From Thraustochytrium aureum (Eukaryota): DNA of 38,179 bases. Position 1 is the stretch's first letter; the number at the start of each line of letters is the position of its first letter. This document shows, piece by piece, positions 20,206 to 30,305 of this stretch. The stretch lies in the NCBI GenBank assembly GCA_012862495.1, contig BLSG01000056.1, positions 66,745 through 104,923 of the forward strand, in the 5' to 3' direction. The notes under the pieces are model-generated. The model worked only from the letters and a program-made list of their open reading frames with translations. It was not told the origin of the DNA and ran no database searches. A program made the position numbers and the translations under genes.

Positions 20206-21402
20206 ATGAGCGCGATCAACGTCGTCGTGGAGCGAGGGCTCCACCTGGAGCGTGTCAAGGTGGGCGACGGGGAGAAGACGCCGGGGTACAAGTGCAGCAC
20301 CTCTACCGCGCGGCGGCTGGTGCTGTTCGTGCTGGCGGTCGGCGCCGTGATGGGAGTGGGCATCCTGGTCAACTACCGCGCAGCAATCATGGAGCGCGTC
20401 AACGTCAGCGTTGCGATCAAGTCGAGGAACGAGGCCGACCTCAAGACGGTGACGAATAACCTCCAGCTTGTGAACGCGCTCGCAGAGCAGCAGTCGGCCA
20501 CGGACGACATGTTGCGCGTTCTGAAGCGCGTGCGCGGCGTCGCCGAAAACAAGATCGCCGCCGCCGAAAAGCTCTTCGACGGCGACGCTCGCCTCGGCCA
20601 GCTCCAGAAGATCCTCGGAGAGCTAGAGCAGCACATCGACTCGGAGGTGGCCGATTTCAAAAAGGAGGTGACCGCGGACGCCGAGCAGCGCGCCAAGCGG
20701 CTCAGCAAAATTATGGAGCGCCAGCGGTTCGCGCTGCAAAAGGTCTTGTCGCGTATCACGGACGAGCGCCTGCATGCCCTGGAGGAGCTCCTGGACAACC
20801 TCTTCGAGCGTCTCGAGAAGGCAGTCCCGTGCGATCTTGACCCGTCCAAATGGGAGACCTTTGAGGACCTCATCGACAACATGATGGAGGCGGAGATCAC
20901 CATGGAAGAAGGCATGGCAATGTTCAACCGCGATGTGCGCCCGTTCTTCACGACCCCTATCCCCGACTTTTTTGAGACGGAGATCAACAAAGCGCTTGAG
21001 CTGCGCAACGGCAAGAGCGACGTGGTTCGCCTCGCCGACATTCTCGACGAGCTGTACGAGTCGGTTCAGCTCTTCCGCTCGCGCGAACAGCTGCACAAGA
21101 TCGAGGCCAAGTGGCGCGAGGCGCGCCATGCTTACGAGGCCAAAAACCAACCGACCCTGCACGACGAGTTTACGCTTGGCAACGAAACAATCAATGCGGT
21201 TCTCGAGGTCCAGGAGCTCGTTACGCGTGGCGACGTCTCGCACCGTCTGTTTGACTTTTACGATGTCGAGATGAGCGGCGATGATGACGAGGAGGAGGAG
21301 GACGACGACGACGACGACGATGACGACGACGACGACGACGACGAGAGCACGAAGGAGGCCGCAGCGCTTGGGAAACGTGTGCCTGACCCGAAGAGGATCT
21401 AG
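20206..21402 (+). CDS. Hypothetical single-pass membrane protein with long coiled-coil/helical region and acidic C-terminal tail
   Basis: Uninterrupted 398-codon ORF with strong GC3 bias; TM RRLVLFVLAVGAVMGVGILVNY; heptad-rich middle; poly-D/E tail. Confidence 0.8.
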   Translation: MSAINVVVERGLHLERVKVGDGEKTPGYKCSTSTARRLVLFVLAVGAVMGVGILVNYRAAIMERVNVSVAIKSRNEADLKTVTNNLQLVNALAEQQSATDDMLRVLKRVRGVAENKIAAAEKLFDGDARLGQLQKILGELEQHIDSEVADFKKEVTADAEQRAKRLSKIMERQRFALQKVLSRITDERLHALEELLDNLFERLEKAVPCDLDPSKWETFEDLIDNMMEAEITMEEGMAMFNRDVRPFFTTPIPDFFETEINKALELRNGKSDVVRLADILDELYESVQLFRSREQLHKIEAKWREARHAYEAKNQPTLHDEFTLGNETINAVLEVQELVTRGDVSHRLFDFYDVEMSGDDDEEEEDDDDDDDDDDDDDDESTKEAAALGKRVPDPKRI

Positions 21403-23410
21403 CTTTAGAGAGTGTACCTAAAATGCAGCGTCCGTTTGCCCTGACTCTGCTTGCTGGTACGGCGTGCTTTGGCGGACGGACGTCACGTGGAGGGAGTGGC
21501 TTTGGGAGCCTCCTCACGCACCCCTCATTGCACGACTGCCACTGGCAGTCCCGCGCATGTGCCAAGTCCACCGCCGCCGCCACCTCGCTCAATTTCGGAC
21601 CGGCGGCGCAGTGTCACCAGCACCGTCGCTGGGTTCGGCTTCTCTGCTCTGTTGTCCGGTCAGGAATTGAACTTGCCTCGACAAGGCGGATCTTCGCGTC
21701 CGAGGTCGCGTGAAAATCTCGCGCTGGCTGGCCAAGATCGCAAGGCCGCGTCGCCGCGCCGCCGCATCCGCACGTCCAGCATGCCGTCTGCGTCTGTCAA
21801 TGTTGTTGTGTCCCTCAACCGATCCTCAGGCTGACGCGGCCACCTGCCGGACGGCAGTCCCAGGCGCCCGGCAGAAACCAAACCGATTCGGCAGAACATG
21901 TCTAACGCCAAACCTCGGATATTTCGCCTTTACATCCCAAGAATACAAAGAAGAGTCAGAGGATGCCCGCTCGACTCGGCGAGACTCCCCAGTTTCTGAC
22001 GCCCTCACTGCTTTCGGGGGACCTCTGTGTCCAGGAGGCGCCACTGCGCGTTCTTTCGTCAACCGAGTAAACCTAGTGAGCAGGCGAAGATCGCGCTGTT
22101 GCCGGCACGTGGGCCAACGGTGCGGCGGGTCGGCCGTTGTCTTGCCCTGCCCGCTTGTTCGGAGGCTCGTTGCGTTTTTTCTTGCTCCGATGTCCCGGCG
22201 GCGTCCTTCGATGCGCTCGAAGGCGAGATTCTCAACGCCGACGCGAGGGAACTCGACAGGCATTGGTCCGATTCGACGCGCAAGCCTCCAGAGCGGTGTA
22301 ATCTTGGCGCGGCGGTCACGATCGCCCGCCCACCCTCGGCGCCCACGGCGAGCGGTCGGTAGGCCTCTAGAGGCAGGTAGGCCCGCGAAACCGCTCCGGC
22401 GTGCCGGTGTTGTTCCGCACCGGCCCAGCCTGTTCTACACTAAACGTCCTGGTTCTTGTTTCCAACTTGGAGCGCTCGATACTTGGGGCCATGTACCGCA
22501 GGCCCTACCGACATCACCCACCCACTGCTACAGCGCGGGTACAAGTCTGTCTGCGTCTGCCTGGCTGGGTGAGGATCGCAACTTGAAGGCCGTCTCCGAG
22601 TCCTGCCCAGCTCGGGAAAATTATACTTGTCACCGTGCTTCTCATGCTTGTCAGCAGCTGCCACTCAGTACATGACCGAATAAAGCGTGGTCCGGGCAGG
22701 GGGGGACTCCCTCCACGAAACGCTCTGGAAAGGGAGAGCGGCATACAAACGATTCTTGGCCAACAGGGAGGCCCGCCCTCCTGTCTTCTCCTGTCTTCGC
22801 ACTACAGTCCAAATGCTGCTGAGGAGCGGCCGTTCTGCGTTCCAACTGACTGCGCTTGGAGAACCCACCTCGGCAGGCCTGCGCCAGTCAAGTCTGACGG
22901 CAACCGCGTGAACAACATTGTTCGTTTCAGTTTGCATCTTCCTCACGCCGCGCCCGCTGCTCTTGAAGAAAACGCCGCTACCGCCGCCCGCCGCTCACAT
23001 CGCCGCGCATCGCAGCTCAAGCTGGCCTGAGAGCGTCAAGGGCGCGAACGCAACGGCTGCGAGAGGGCGGCGTGCCGAGGAAGCTGTAAGGCTTTGAGAC
23101 TCTGCATTCTGCTGCCTCGCGCCCTCTCAGGCGTGTCGGGTGTCCCGCGCTTCCAAACCAAAGCTGTTGTTTGTGTTTTCTACCTACGTTCTTCTTCCTT
23201 CCTCTGCACTCTGTGCTGGTCTGAGGGTGACTGAGGCGGGAGAACGAACAGACGAGATCGGCAGAGGAGAAAAGGGAAAGGAGAAGGAAGGGGGGCAGAT
23301 GGGAAGGGAGAAGAAGGAAGGAAGGAAGGAAGGGGAGAGAGAATGAAAGGGAGGCGGCCACGACAGCACACGTGGTAGCACGCAGCGGGCAGAGCAGCAA
23401 CGGCAGCGAG

Positions 23411-23462
23411 CAGCGACCCGCCCGGCGACCCGTCCAGCGACCCGTCCGGCGACCCGTCCAGC
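23411..23462. repeat. 12-bp tandem repeat (~4 copies) after a purine-rich tract (23265-23350)
   Basis: GCGACCCG(C/T)CC(A/G) repeated four times. Confidence 0.75.
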
Positions 23463-23864
23463 CAGCAGCAACCNNNNNNNNNNNNNNNNNNNNNNNNNNN
23501 NNNNNNNNNNNNNNNNNNNNNNNNNNNNNNNNNNNNNNNNNNNNNNNNNNNNNNNNNNNNNNNNNNNNNNNNNNNNNNNNNNNNNNNNNNNNNNNNNNNN
23601 NNNNNNNNNNNNNNNNNNNNNNNNNNNNNNNNNNNNNNNNNNNNNNNNNNNNNNNNNNNNNNNNNNNNNNNNNNNNNNNNNNNNNNNNNNNNNNNNNNNN
23701 NNNNNNNNNNNNNNNNNNNNNNNNNNNNNNNNNNNNNNNNNNNNNNNNNNNNNNNNNNNNNNNNNNNNNNNNNNNNNNNNNNNNNNNNNNNNNNNNNNNN
23801 NNNNNNNNNNNNNNNNNNNNNNNNNNNNNNNNNNNNNNNNNNNNNNNNNNNNNNNNNNNNNNAG

Positions 23865-24971
23865 TACGTCGCAGGCGACGGGGACTTGCTCTCCGTCCGG
23901 GCGACCTGCTACATGGCGGAGAAGATGTGCGCAGAGATTTTCGCCAAGCGGATGATCCTCAAACTCTCCGACCCGAAAGCGATCCGCGTTGCCACCATCT
24001 GGTGCAAGTCGCTGACGGAGCTCCGCATCAACGACTCGTCGCTCAGCGACTCGGACCTGTGCTCCATCGCGCGCGGCTGCCCCAAGCTCAAGGTGTTTTC
24101 CGCCTCCAACTGGGGCGACGTCACTTCGCACGGGCTCGGGATGTTTTTCAGCTTCCTAAACAACCTCGAGCGCCTCGAACTGCATAACTGCACTGTGCTG
24201 GACGACTGGGCGCTTACACGCCTCGCCGAGCGGTGCCCGCGGTTGCGCCTCCTCAAGCTCGTTGGACCGTGTGCTCTCACGGTGACTGGCATTCGGGCTA
24301 TCGCACGGTACTGCAGCTTGCTCGAGGCCGACTTTTCCGGTTGCACAAGCTTCGACAATCAGTGCCTAGTCGAGCTGCTCGGCTCGCCGTACCTCCCGCT
24401 TCGCCGCCTGGGTCTTGCCCGCTGCACGGCTCTTGACGACGCCGCGCTGCGCCTCATCGGGGTGCGCTGTCCAGACCTCGAGAGCCTCGACATCTCGGAG
24501 ATCCCGGCCGCGACCGACGTCACCTGCGCGGCAATCGCAAAGCACTGCCACCACTTGGTGCAGTTTGTCTGTGCAGGCTGTCCGAGTATCAAGGCCGGTG
24601 TCTCCGTCATCGCGGCGCTCTGCCGCTCGCTCGAGCACCTTGACGTCAGCAGGTGCGCGCGCGTCTCTGACATTTGCTTTTTCTGCCTCAAGAACCAGGT
24701 TTGCAACCTGCGCTTCATCGATGTGCAGGGCTGCCCGGGTCTCACGGCTCGTGGCGTGTGCTTTATTCGCCACCGCTTTCCGAATGCCGAGGTCCACGTT
24801 TCCTGTCCTGCTATTGACCGCTCTGCTTCGCCAGCGCACCCCTTGGCCCGAGATGGGGCCGGTTTATCGTCGGCGCAGCCTTCACTGGCTCTCGCTGCTT
24901 CTGCGCCTAGGTCTGTGGCGCGTGGGGACGAGTCGCCGGGCTCGATAACCTCCGCATCAACGAACGCCTCG
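23865..24971 (+). CDS. F-box/leucine-rich repeat (cysteine-containing LRR, FBXL-like) protein, partial at both ends
   Basis: F-box tail DLLSVRATC; repeated LRR-CC units such as LSDSDLCSIARGCPKLKVF, LDDWALTRLAERCPRLRLLKL, LDDAALRLIGVRCPDLESLDIS, LCRSLEHLDVSRC. Confidence 0.85.
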
Positions 24972-25573
24972 NNNNNNNNNNNNNNNNNNNNNNNNNNNNN
25001 NNNNNNNNNNNNNNNNNNNNNNNNNNNNNNNNNNNNNNNNNNNNNNNNNNNNNNNNNNNNNNNNNNNNNNNNNNNNNNNNNNNNNNNNNNNNNNNNNNNN
25101 NNNNNNNNNNNNNNNNNNNNNNNNNNNNNNNNNNNNNNNNNNNNNNNNNNNNNNNNNNNNNNNNNNNNNNNNNNNNNNNNNNNNNNNNNNNNNNNNNNNN
25201 NNNNNNNNNNNNNNNNNNNNNNNNNNNNNNNNNNNNNNNNNNNNNNNNNNNNNNNNNNNNNNNNNNNNNNNNNNNNNNNNNNNNNNNNNNNNNNNNNNNN
25301 NNNNNNNNNNNNNNNNNNNNNNNNNNNNNNNNNNNNNNNNNNNNNNNNNNNNNNNNNNNNNNNNNNNNNNNNNNNNNNNNNNNNNNNNNNNNNNNNNNNN
25401 NNNNNNNNNNNNNNNNNNNNNNNNNNNNNNNNNNNNNNNNNNNNNNNNNNNNNNNNNNNNNNNNNNNNNNNNNNNNNNNNNNNNNNNNNNNNNNNNNNNN
25501 NNNNNNNNNNNNNNNNNNNNNNNNNNNNNNNNNNNNNNNNNNNNNNNNNNNNNNNNNNNNNNNNNNNNNNNNN

Positions 25574-25736
25574 CGTCCTCCGCGTCCGTGATAACTGGGT
25601 CCGGCACTGCTCGGGGCCTGCTTGGGCCCTCCTCCGACGGCCGGAGCAGGACAAGCCAGACGCTCACGAACAGCGCGACCACGAGCGCCGCGAGCGACAA
25701 GGCTCTCGCCAGGGCGCCCTCCGGGGCCTCCTCCAT
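25574..25736 (-). CDS. 5' fragment of a small protein with an N-terminal membrane anchor; remainder in the gap
   Basis: MEEAPEGALARALSLAALVVALFVSVWLVLLRPSEEGPSRPRAVPDPVITDAED then N-gap; frame is open upstream to ~26147, so the start is uncertain. Confidence 0.45.
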
Positions 25737-26241
25737 CGACTGCGCCGGCGTCGGCGGCGAACTGCGACCTCCAGATACTTGCGCCCGCGAGGCCTTTCCG
25801 CTCCTGCGCGCGGCGGCGAGGGCGGGCAGCCTGCGTGCCTCCTTCGTCGTGGGTGGGGGGTTGCGCGCAAGCTCCTCGCTCGACGCGCGTCTGGTCGGAA
25901 GGCGGTCTAGCGCTCGCGGGGTTGGATTGCAGTGCCGGAATGCCGAGTTCGCGCTTTGGAGGAGGACAACTGGAACACTGTTGGCCCGGAGCCGGAGCTC
26001 GCGGGCCTGCGCAGGCGCGGGGCGAACTCGCGCCGGCTGGGTTGGCCGGGCCTTGCTCGGGCTCGGCAGCTCAGCGCTGGGCAGCTTGAGCAAGAGCTGG
26101 GAGGAAACGGCAAGCGTAGGACGATGCATTCGGTTACGGGCAGTCAACTGTAAATCCGTGCTCGAAACGCGCTTCGACAGCCGGCGGTAGCGCGGGCGAG
26201 CGAGACGAGCCGCCGCAGCGCCCGCGCGGCCTCCCCAACGT

Positions 26242-27068
26242 TCAGTCAGCCTTGTTGAAGGTGAGAGCGCGGGCCTGCGGGTCCTCGTCCATCTCGCCTA
26301 CGCTCTGCACGCCCTTCACCTCAGGGATGTAGTGCATGAGCATGTTCTCTACGCCCGACTTTAGCGTCACGGTGGAGCTCGGACAACCCGAGCAAGAGCC
26401 CGCCAGCTGTACGCGCACGATGCCAGACTCCTCGTCAAACCCCTTGAAGAAAATGTCCCCGCCGTCCTCGTGAACCATGGGCCGGATCCGGTCCTCCAGG
26501 AGCTCCTTGATGAGCAGTACAATCTCGCTCTCGTCCTCCGCGTGCACATCCCTTCGTTGTTGGCGGCATTCATCGGCCCAGAAACGGCGGGCTTGCCAGC
26601 AGCGTAAAAGTCCATTATCGTTCCAAAGATCTCCGGCTTGAGTTGCGCCCACGTCAGGCTTTCGTCCTTGCTCACCGTGATAAAGTCGTTCCCCAGGAAC
26701 ACGCCTTGAACGCCCTGGACGCGCAACAGCAACCGAACAAGGGGCGAGTTGTCCGTCGGATCGCCCTTCCGAAAGTCCATGCTCGACCCGAGCTCCTCTG
26801 GCAAGACCTCCTTGCCCGGAAGAAACTTGAGGCTCGACGGGTTGGGCGTGTCCTCGGTCTGGATGAACAGCGACCGCACGCCGCCGAGGCGGCCCCACCC
26901 AGAAGCGCGCACAACCGCAGGCCGCGCGTCTGCCGTGACTCCCGAGCACCGGGTCGCTGTGCGTCCAGCCAGAGTCCCGATCGCGGCTCTCTGCATCGGC
27001 GCCCTCGAAACAGGCGCCACGCGCGCCGCTGCGCGCCTCGCCACGCCCCTCACCGCTGCTGGCAGCAT
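26242..27068 (-). CDS. NFU1: Mitochondrial Fe-S cluster scaffold NFU1 (NifU-like); 1-nt frameshift at ~26550
   Basis: Arg/Ala-rich transit peptide; [43 protein letters not shown]; then [50 protein letters not shown] with the CxxC motif. Confidence 0.95.
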
Positions 27069-27322
27069 CCTTGCCGCCTTCTTTGCTTTGTCTCAATCAA
27101 AGGTCCTTTCCACGGACTGGAGCCACGTACCGGATTCGCGTCGCGCTCACGCTGCGCTTCTTTGCCGGCCGGCCGCGCGTGGACGGGGAATCGAGCCTCC
27201 GCAATCCTCGAGCCCGCTGCCTCTCTCCGCCTGTCTCGCAGTGGCTCCCTTGCTGCTCGCTCGGTGGAGCCTGCCTGTCGCTCGGCCTCTGCTGCGTCTG
27301 TTCCGAGCGCTCAGGGTGCACT

Positions 27323-27519
27323 CGTCACCTGGGGTTTTCTGTGACGTGGCAAATCCCGTACTCAGTCGCGTCTACAGCAACCCCCACGAGACGTGGGTGC
27401 CGGCGGAAGACAGCAGCAACCCCGTCACAGCCCCTCCACTCGACGTTTCCAGCACGTCACAGGCACCGGCGATGTGACGCGCTCCACGCCGCCACGTCAC
27501 ACCATCCCTTTCGTGACGC
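27323..27519. promoter_or_regulatory. Cluster of seven GTGACG/CGTCAC (CRE/ATF half-site-like) motifs in the divergent NFU1/sulfatase promoter
   Basis: Sites at 27323, 27341, 27423, 27455, 27474, 27495 and 27513; two have the extended form GTGACGTGGC/GCCACGTCAC. Confidence 0.45.
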
Positions 27520-27705
27520 GCCAGGCTGCAGCGAGCTACGCGTAGTGCAGTTTCCGCTGCACCACGGCGCCGGCGGAGTTTTTATGGCCAGTAGTCAGAA
27601 AACCGCGGTCGGAAAGGATGGCGCAGAGAGTACGGGACTCGGCTAGGTTGCGCCGAAGCGCCCTCGTATGTTTCTGCCAGGCGAGCGAGCAGGCGAGGGC
27701 CAGGC

Positions 27706-27734
27706 GGCAGGCAGGCAGGCAGGCAGGCAGGCAG
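27706..27734. repeat. (GCAG)n tetranucleotide microsatellite upstream of sulfatase
   Basis: ggcaggcaggcaggcaggcaggcaggcag. Confidence 0.8.
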
Positions 27735-28222
27735 AGCCCAATCGCCGAGGACGCAGCGCAGGCGCAGAGCAGCGCGCACCAGGGGGAGGTCGCGTGCGAG
27801 AGCGAGCCGANNNNNNNNNNNNNNNNNNNNNNNNNNNNNNNNNNNNNNNNNNNNNNNNNNNNNNNNNNNNNNNNNNNNNNNNNNNNNNNNNNNNNNNNNN
27901 NNNNNNNNNNNNNNNNNNNNNNNNNNNNNNNNNNNNNNNNNNNNNNNNNNNNNNNNNNNNNNNNNNNNNNNNNNNNNNNNNNNNNNNNNNNNNNNNNNNN
28001 NNNNNNNNNNNNNNNNNNNNNNNNNNNNNNNNNNNNNNNNNNNNNNNNNNNNNNNNNNNNNNNNNNNNNNNNNNNNNNNNNNNNNNNNNNNNNNNNNNNN
28101 NNNNNNNNNNNNNNNNNNNNNNNNNNNNNNNNNNNNNNNNNNNNNNNNNNNNNNNNNNNNNNNNNNNNNNNNNNNNNNNNNNNNNNNNNNNNNNNNNNNN
28201 NNNNNNNNNNNNNNNNNNNNCG

Positions 28223-30070
28223 TTTCTGACCGGCGTCCAGGTTGGCATTCAAGCAGTGCGCGGGAATGGGTTTGCTCCGGACGGCGGCACTGATGCCGAC
28301 CTCGACGCCAACATGACCACCGTGGCAGAGACGCTCAGCCGAGCAGGGTATGCCACGAGAGCCCTCGGCAAGTGGGGCGTCGCAGCTCGGCCCGGGTCGC
28401 CAGGGTCGCCATGCGAGCGCGGCTTTGACATGTTTTACGGCAAGACCACGCACCTGAGCGTCGGAAGTGCCTTCCCCACAGAGGTAGACAAGTGCGAGCG
28501 GTTGGAGAAGGGCGGGGTACAGAATACGGTGCAAACCCTCGACGAAAACCAGGATTCTTCGTTTCGCAAGTGCCACACAAGTCAGCTTTGCACGAATTTC
28601 GATGAGAGCCTTCGGGCCACGGCTTTGCGCTGGATCGAAGAGCTCGCCCCTGCGGCGCAGCAAGGGCGCCCGTTCTTTTTGTATTGGGCGACGACAGCAG
28701 GGCACTCCTCGCTCTACGAGAATGTGAACAAGCACCAAAACTGCATCCTTAAGACGCACCCAGTCCCAAGCTTCGGGAGGTACACGGAAGAGGCGCTTTT
28801 GGGCACAGGCCGCGTTACAGCTGCGATTCAAGGTCTCATGGCAATGGCCGAGTACACCGTTGACGGCGACATCAACGCGACTCTCGCAGCGCTCGAGCAG
28901 CATGGGCTGGACAACAACACGCTGATTATCGTGGCCTCGGACAATGGGCCGCACCGCGAGGCGTTTGCGGATGCCAACTACGACCCGCACCGGGACATCG
29001 TTGCGACGGGCGACTTGCAAGGGATCAAGCGCCATATGTTTGAAGGCGCCATTCGCTCGCCGACCATCGCATGGTGGCCGGGCGTCATTCCCGCCGCGAC
29101 AGTTTCGCGGTACCCCTTTATGCTGTACGATATCCCGCTCACCTTGGCAGCCGCTGCGCACGTGCCGCTCGAGGAGCTGGGCTCGTACCTGCGCCCCAAT
29201 GCAAACGGCGCCTCGCTTTTGCCAGTTCTTCTCGGTGGCGACGAGGCCGCAGCTGGGATCGGCCGTGACTGGGTGAGCGCCGAAATTTGCTTTATGAGCG
29301 GAGGGTCGACGCCTCCCGGGCAGGTGTGCCCTGTGAGATGGAGCACGGGCCCTGGGTGCGGGTTTGCGTTTTTCGATCTCTCCATGTGGCCGCAACAGTT
29401 GCTCAAGCTTGTGCGCGACGGCGTGGACGAGCCGTACAAGCTGTTTGACCTAATTGCGGATCCAATCGAGTCCGTTGACCTCGCGGCGCAGCGTCCGCTC
29501 GAGGTGGCACGCCTTCTGCATCGTCGCAACGGGATTCGCACGCCCCTGTGCAATATCGAGAGGTGGGAGCAGCCCGCCTGCTTTGACGACCCTTGCAATA
29601 TTTTTCACCGGGACCAAAATGACTGCGAAGCCGAGGCGGCTTGTGAATGGGACCAGCGCGGGAGTCCTTTCAGATGCAAGACTGCACCTACAGCTTCCCC
29701 GACGGGCACTCCAACCGATGCGCCATCAGCTTCGCCGTCAGTCGCTCCCTCTGTGTCGCCAACAGGTGCACCGTCGGCAGCGCCAACGACTGGTGCGCCT
29801 TCGGCAAGTCCAACGACAGGGGCGCCGTCAGCAAGCCCAACGACAGGGGCGCCGTCAGCAAGTCCAACAACTAATGCGCCGTCGGCAGCGCCAATTCTAG
29901 ACGGCTCGGAGGCGCACGAGCCAAGCGAAGCGCCGGCGGCCCAGCCGTCCAACGTGCCTGGCGGGCGCCCGACGCCCAACCAAGAGGAAGATCGCACCGC
30001 CAGCTCTTCGAAGTCACCGAAAGTCGTCGCGTTCGCTGCGACTTTGATGGCCCTCGCGGTCCTCAAGTAA
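28223..30070 (+). CDS. Arylsulfatase-family (S1) sulfatase, paralog A, with Cys-rich module, P/T/S-rich stalk and hydrophobic C-terminus (possible GPI signal); N-terminus in the gap
   Basis: AGYATRALGKWG, GFDMFYG, RPFFLYWA, GLDNNTLIIVASDNGPH, GIKRHMFEGAIRSPTIAWWPG, LFDLIADPIESVDLA; PTTGAPSAS repeats; ends SSSKSPKVVAFAATLMALAVLK*. Confidence 0.9.
   Translation, partial: FLTGVQVGIQAVRGNGFAPDGGTDADLDANMTTVAETLSRAGYATRALGKWGVAARPGSPGSPCERGFDMFYGKTTHLSVGSAFPTEVDKCERLEKGGVQNTVQTLDENQDSSFRKCHTSQLCTNFDESLRATALRWIEELAPAAQQGRPFFLYWATTAGHSSLYENVNKHQNCILKTHPVPSFGRYTEEALLGTGRVTAAIQGLMAMAEYTVDGDINATLAALEQHGLDNNTLIIVASDNGPHREAFADANYDPHRDIVATGDLQGIKRHMFEGAIRSPTIAWWPGVIPAATVSRYPFMLYDIPLTLAAAAHVPLEELGSYLRPNANGASLLPVLLGGDEAAAGIGRDWVSAEICFMSGGSTPPGQVCPVRWSTGPGCGFAFFDLSMWPQQLLKLVRDGVDEPYKLFDLIADPIESVDLAAQRPLEVARLLHRRNGIRTPLCNIERWEQPACFDDPCNIFHRDQNDCEAEAACEWDQRGSPFRCKTAPTASPTGTPTDAPSASPSVAPSVSPTGAPSAAPTTGAPSASPTTGAPSASPTTGAPSASPTTNAPSAAPILDGSEAHEPSEAPAAQPSNVPGGRPTPNQEEDRTASSSKSPKVVAFAATLMALAVLK
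29762..29892 (+). repeat. 27-bp coding tandem repeat (PTTGAPSAS) forming the sulfatase stalk
   Basis: ccaacgacaggggcgccgtcagcaagc-like units, ~4-5 copies. Confidence 0.8.
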
Positions 30071-30305
30071 GTATTCTGCTCCAGTTTCTAATGTTGAAAA
30101 GCAGATTTGTTTTGGTGTGTGGTTTACAGAAAACATGATCGGCTGCTGTATGTGCCGGTACTCTAACCATCCGAAGACTTGTCACCAGTACATTTGCGCG
30201 ATGCCGCGCAGGCACATTGCACGTGGTAGCCGCAGCTAAACCGGAAAGCGTTGGACCTTGCAGCAACACTGCGCGCAGGTCAACTCCGCCCGAGCACCGA
30301 TCCTC

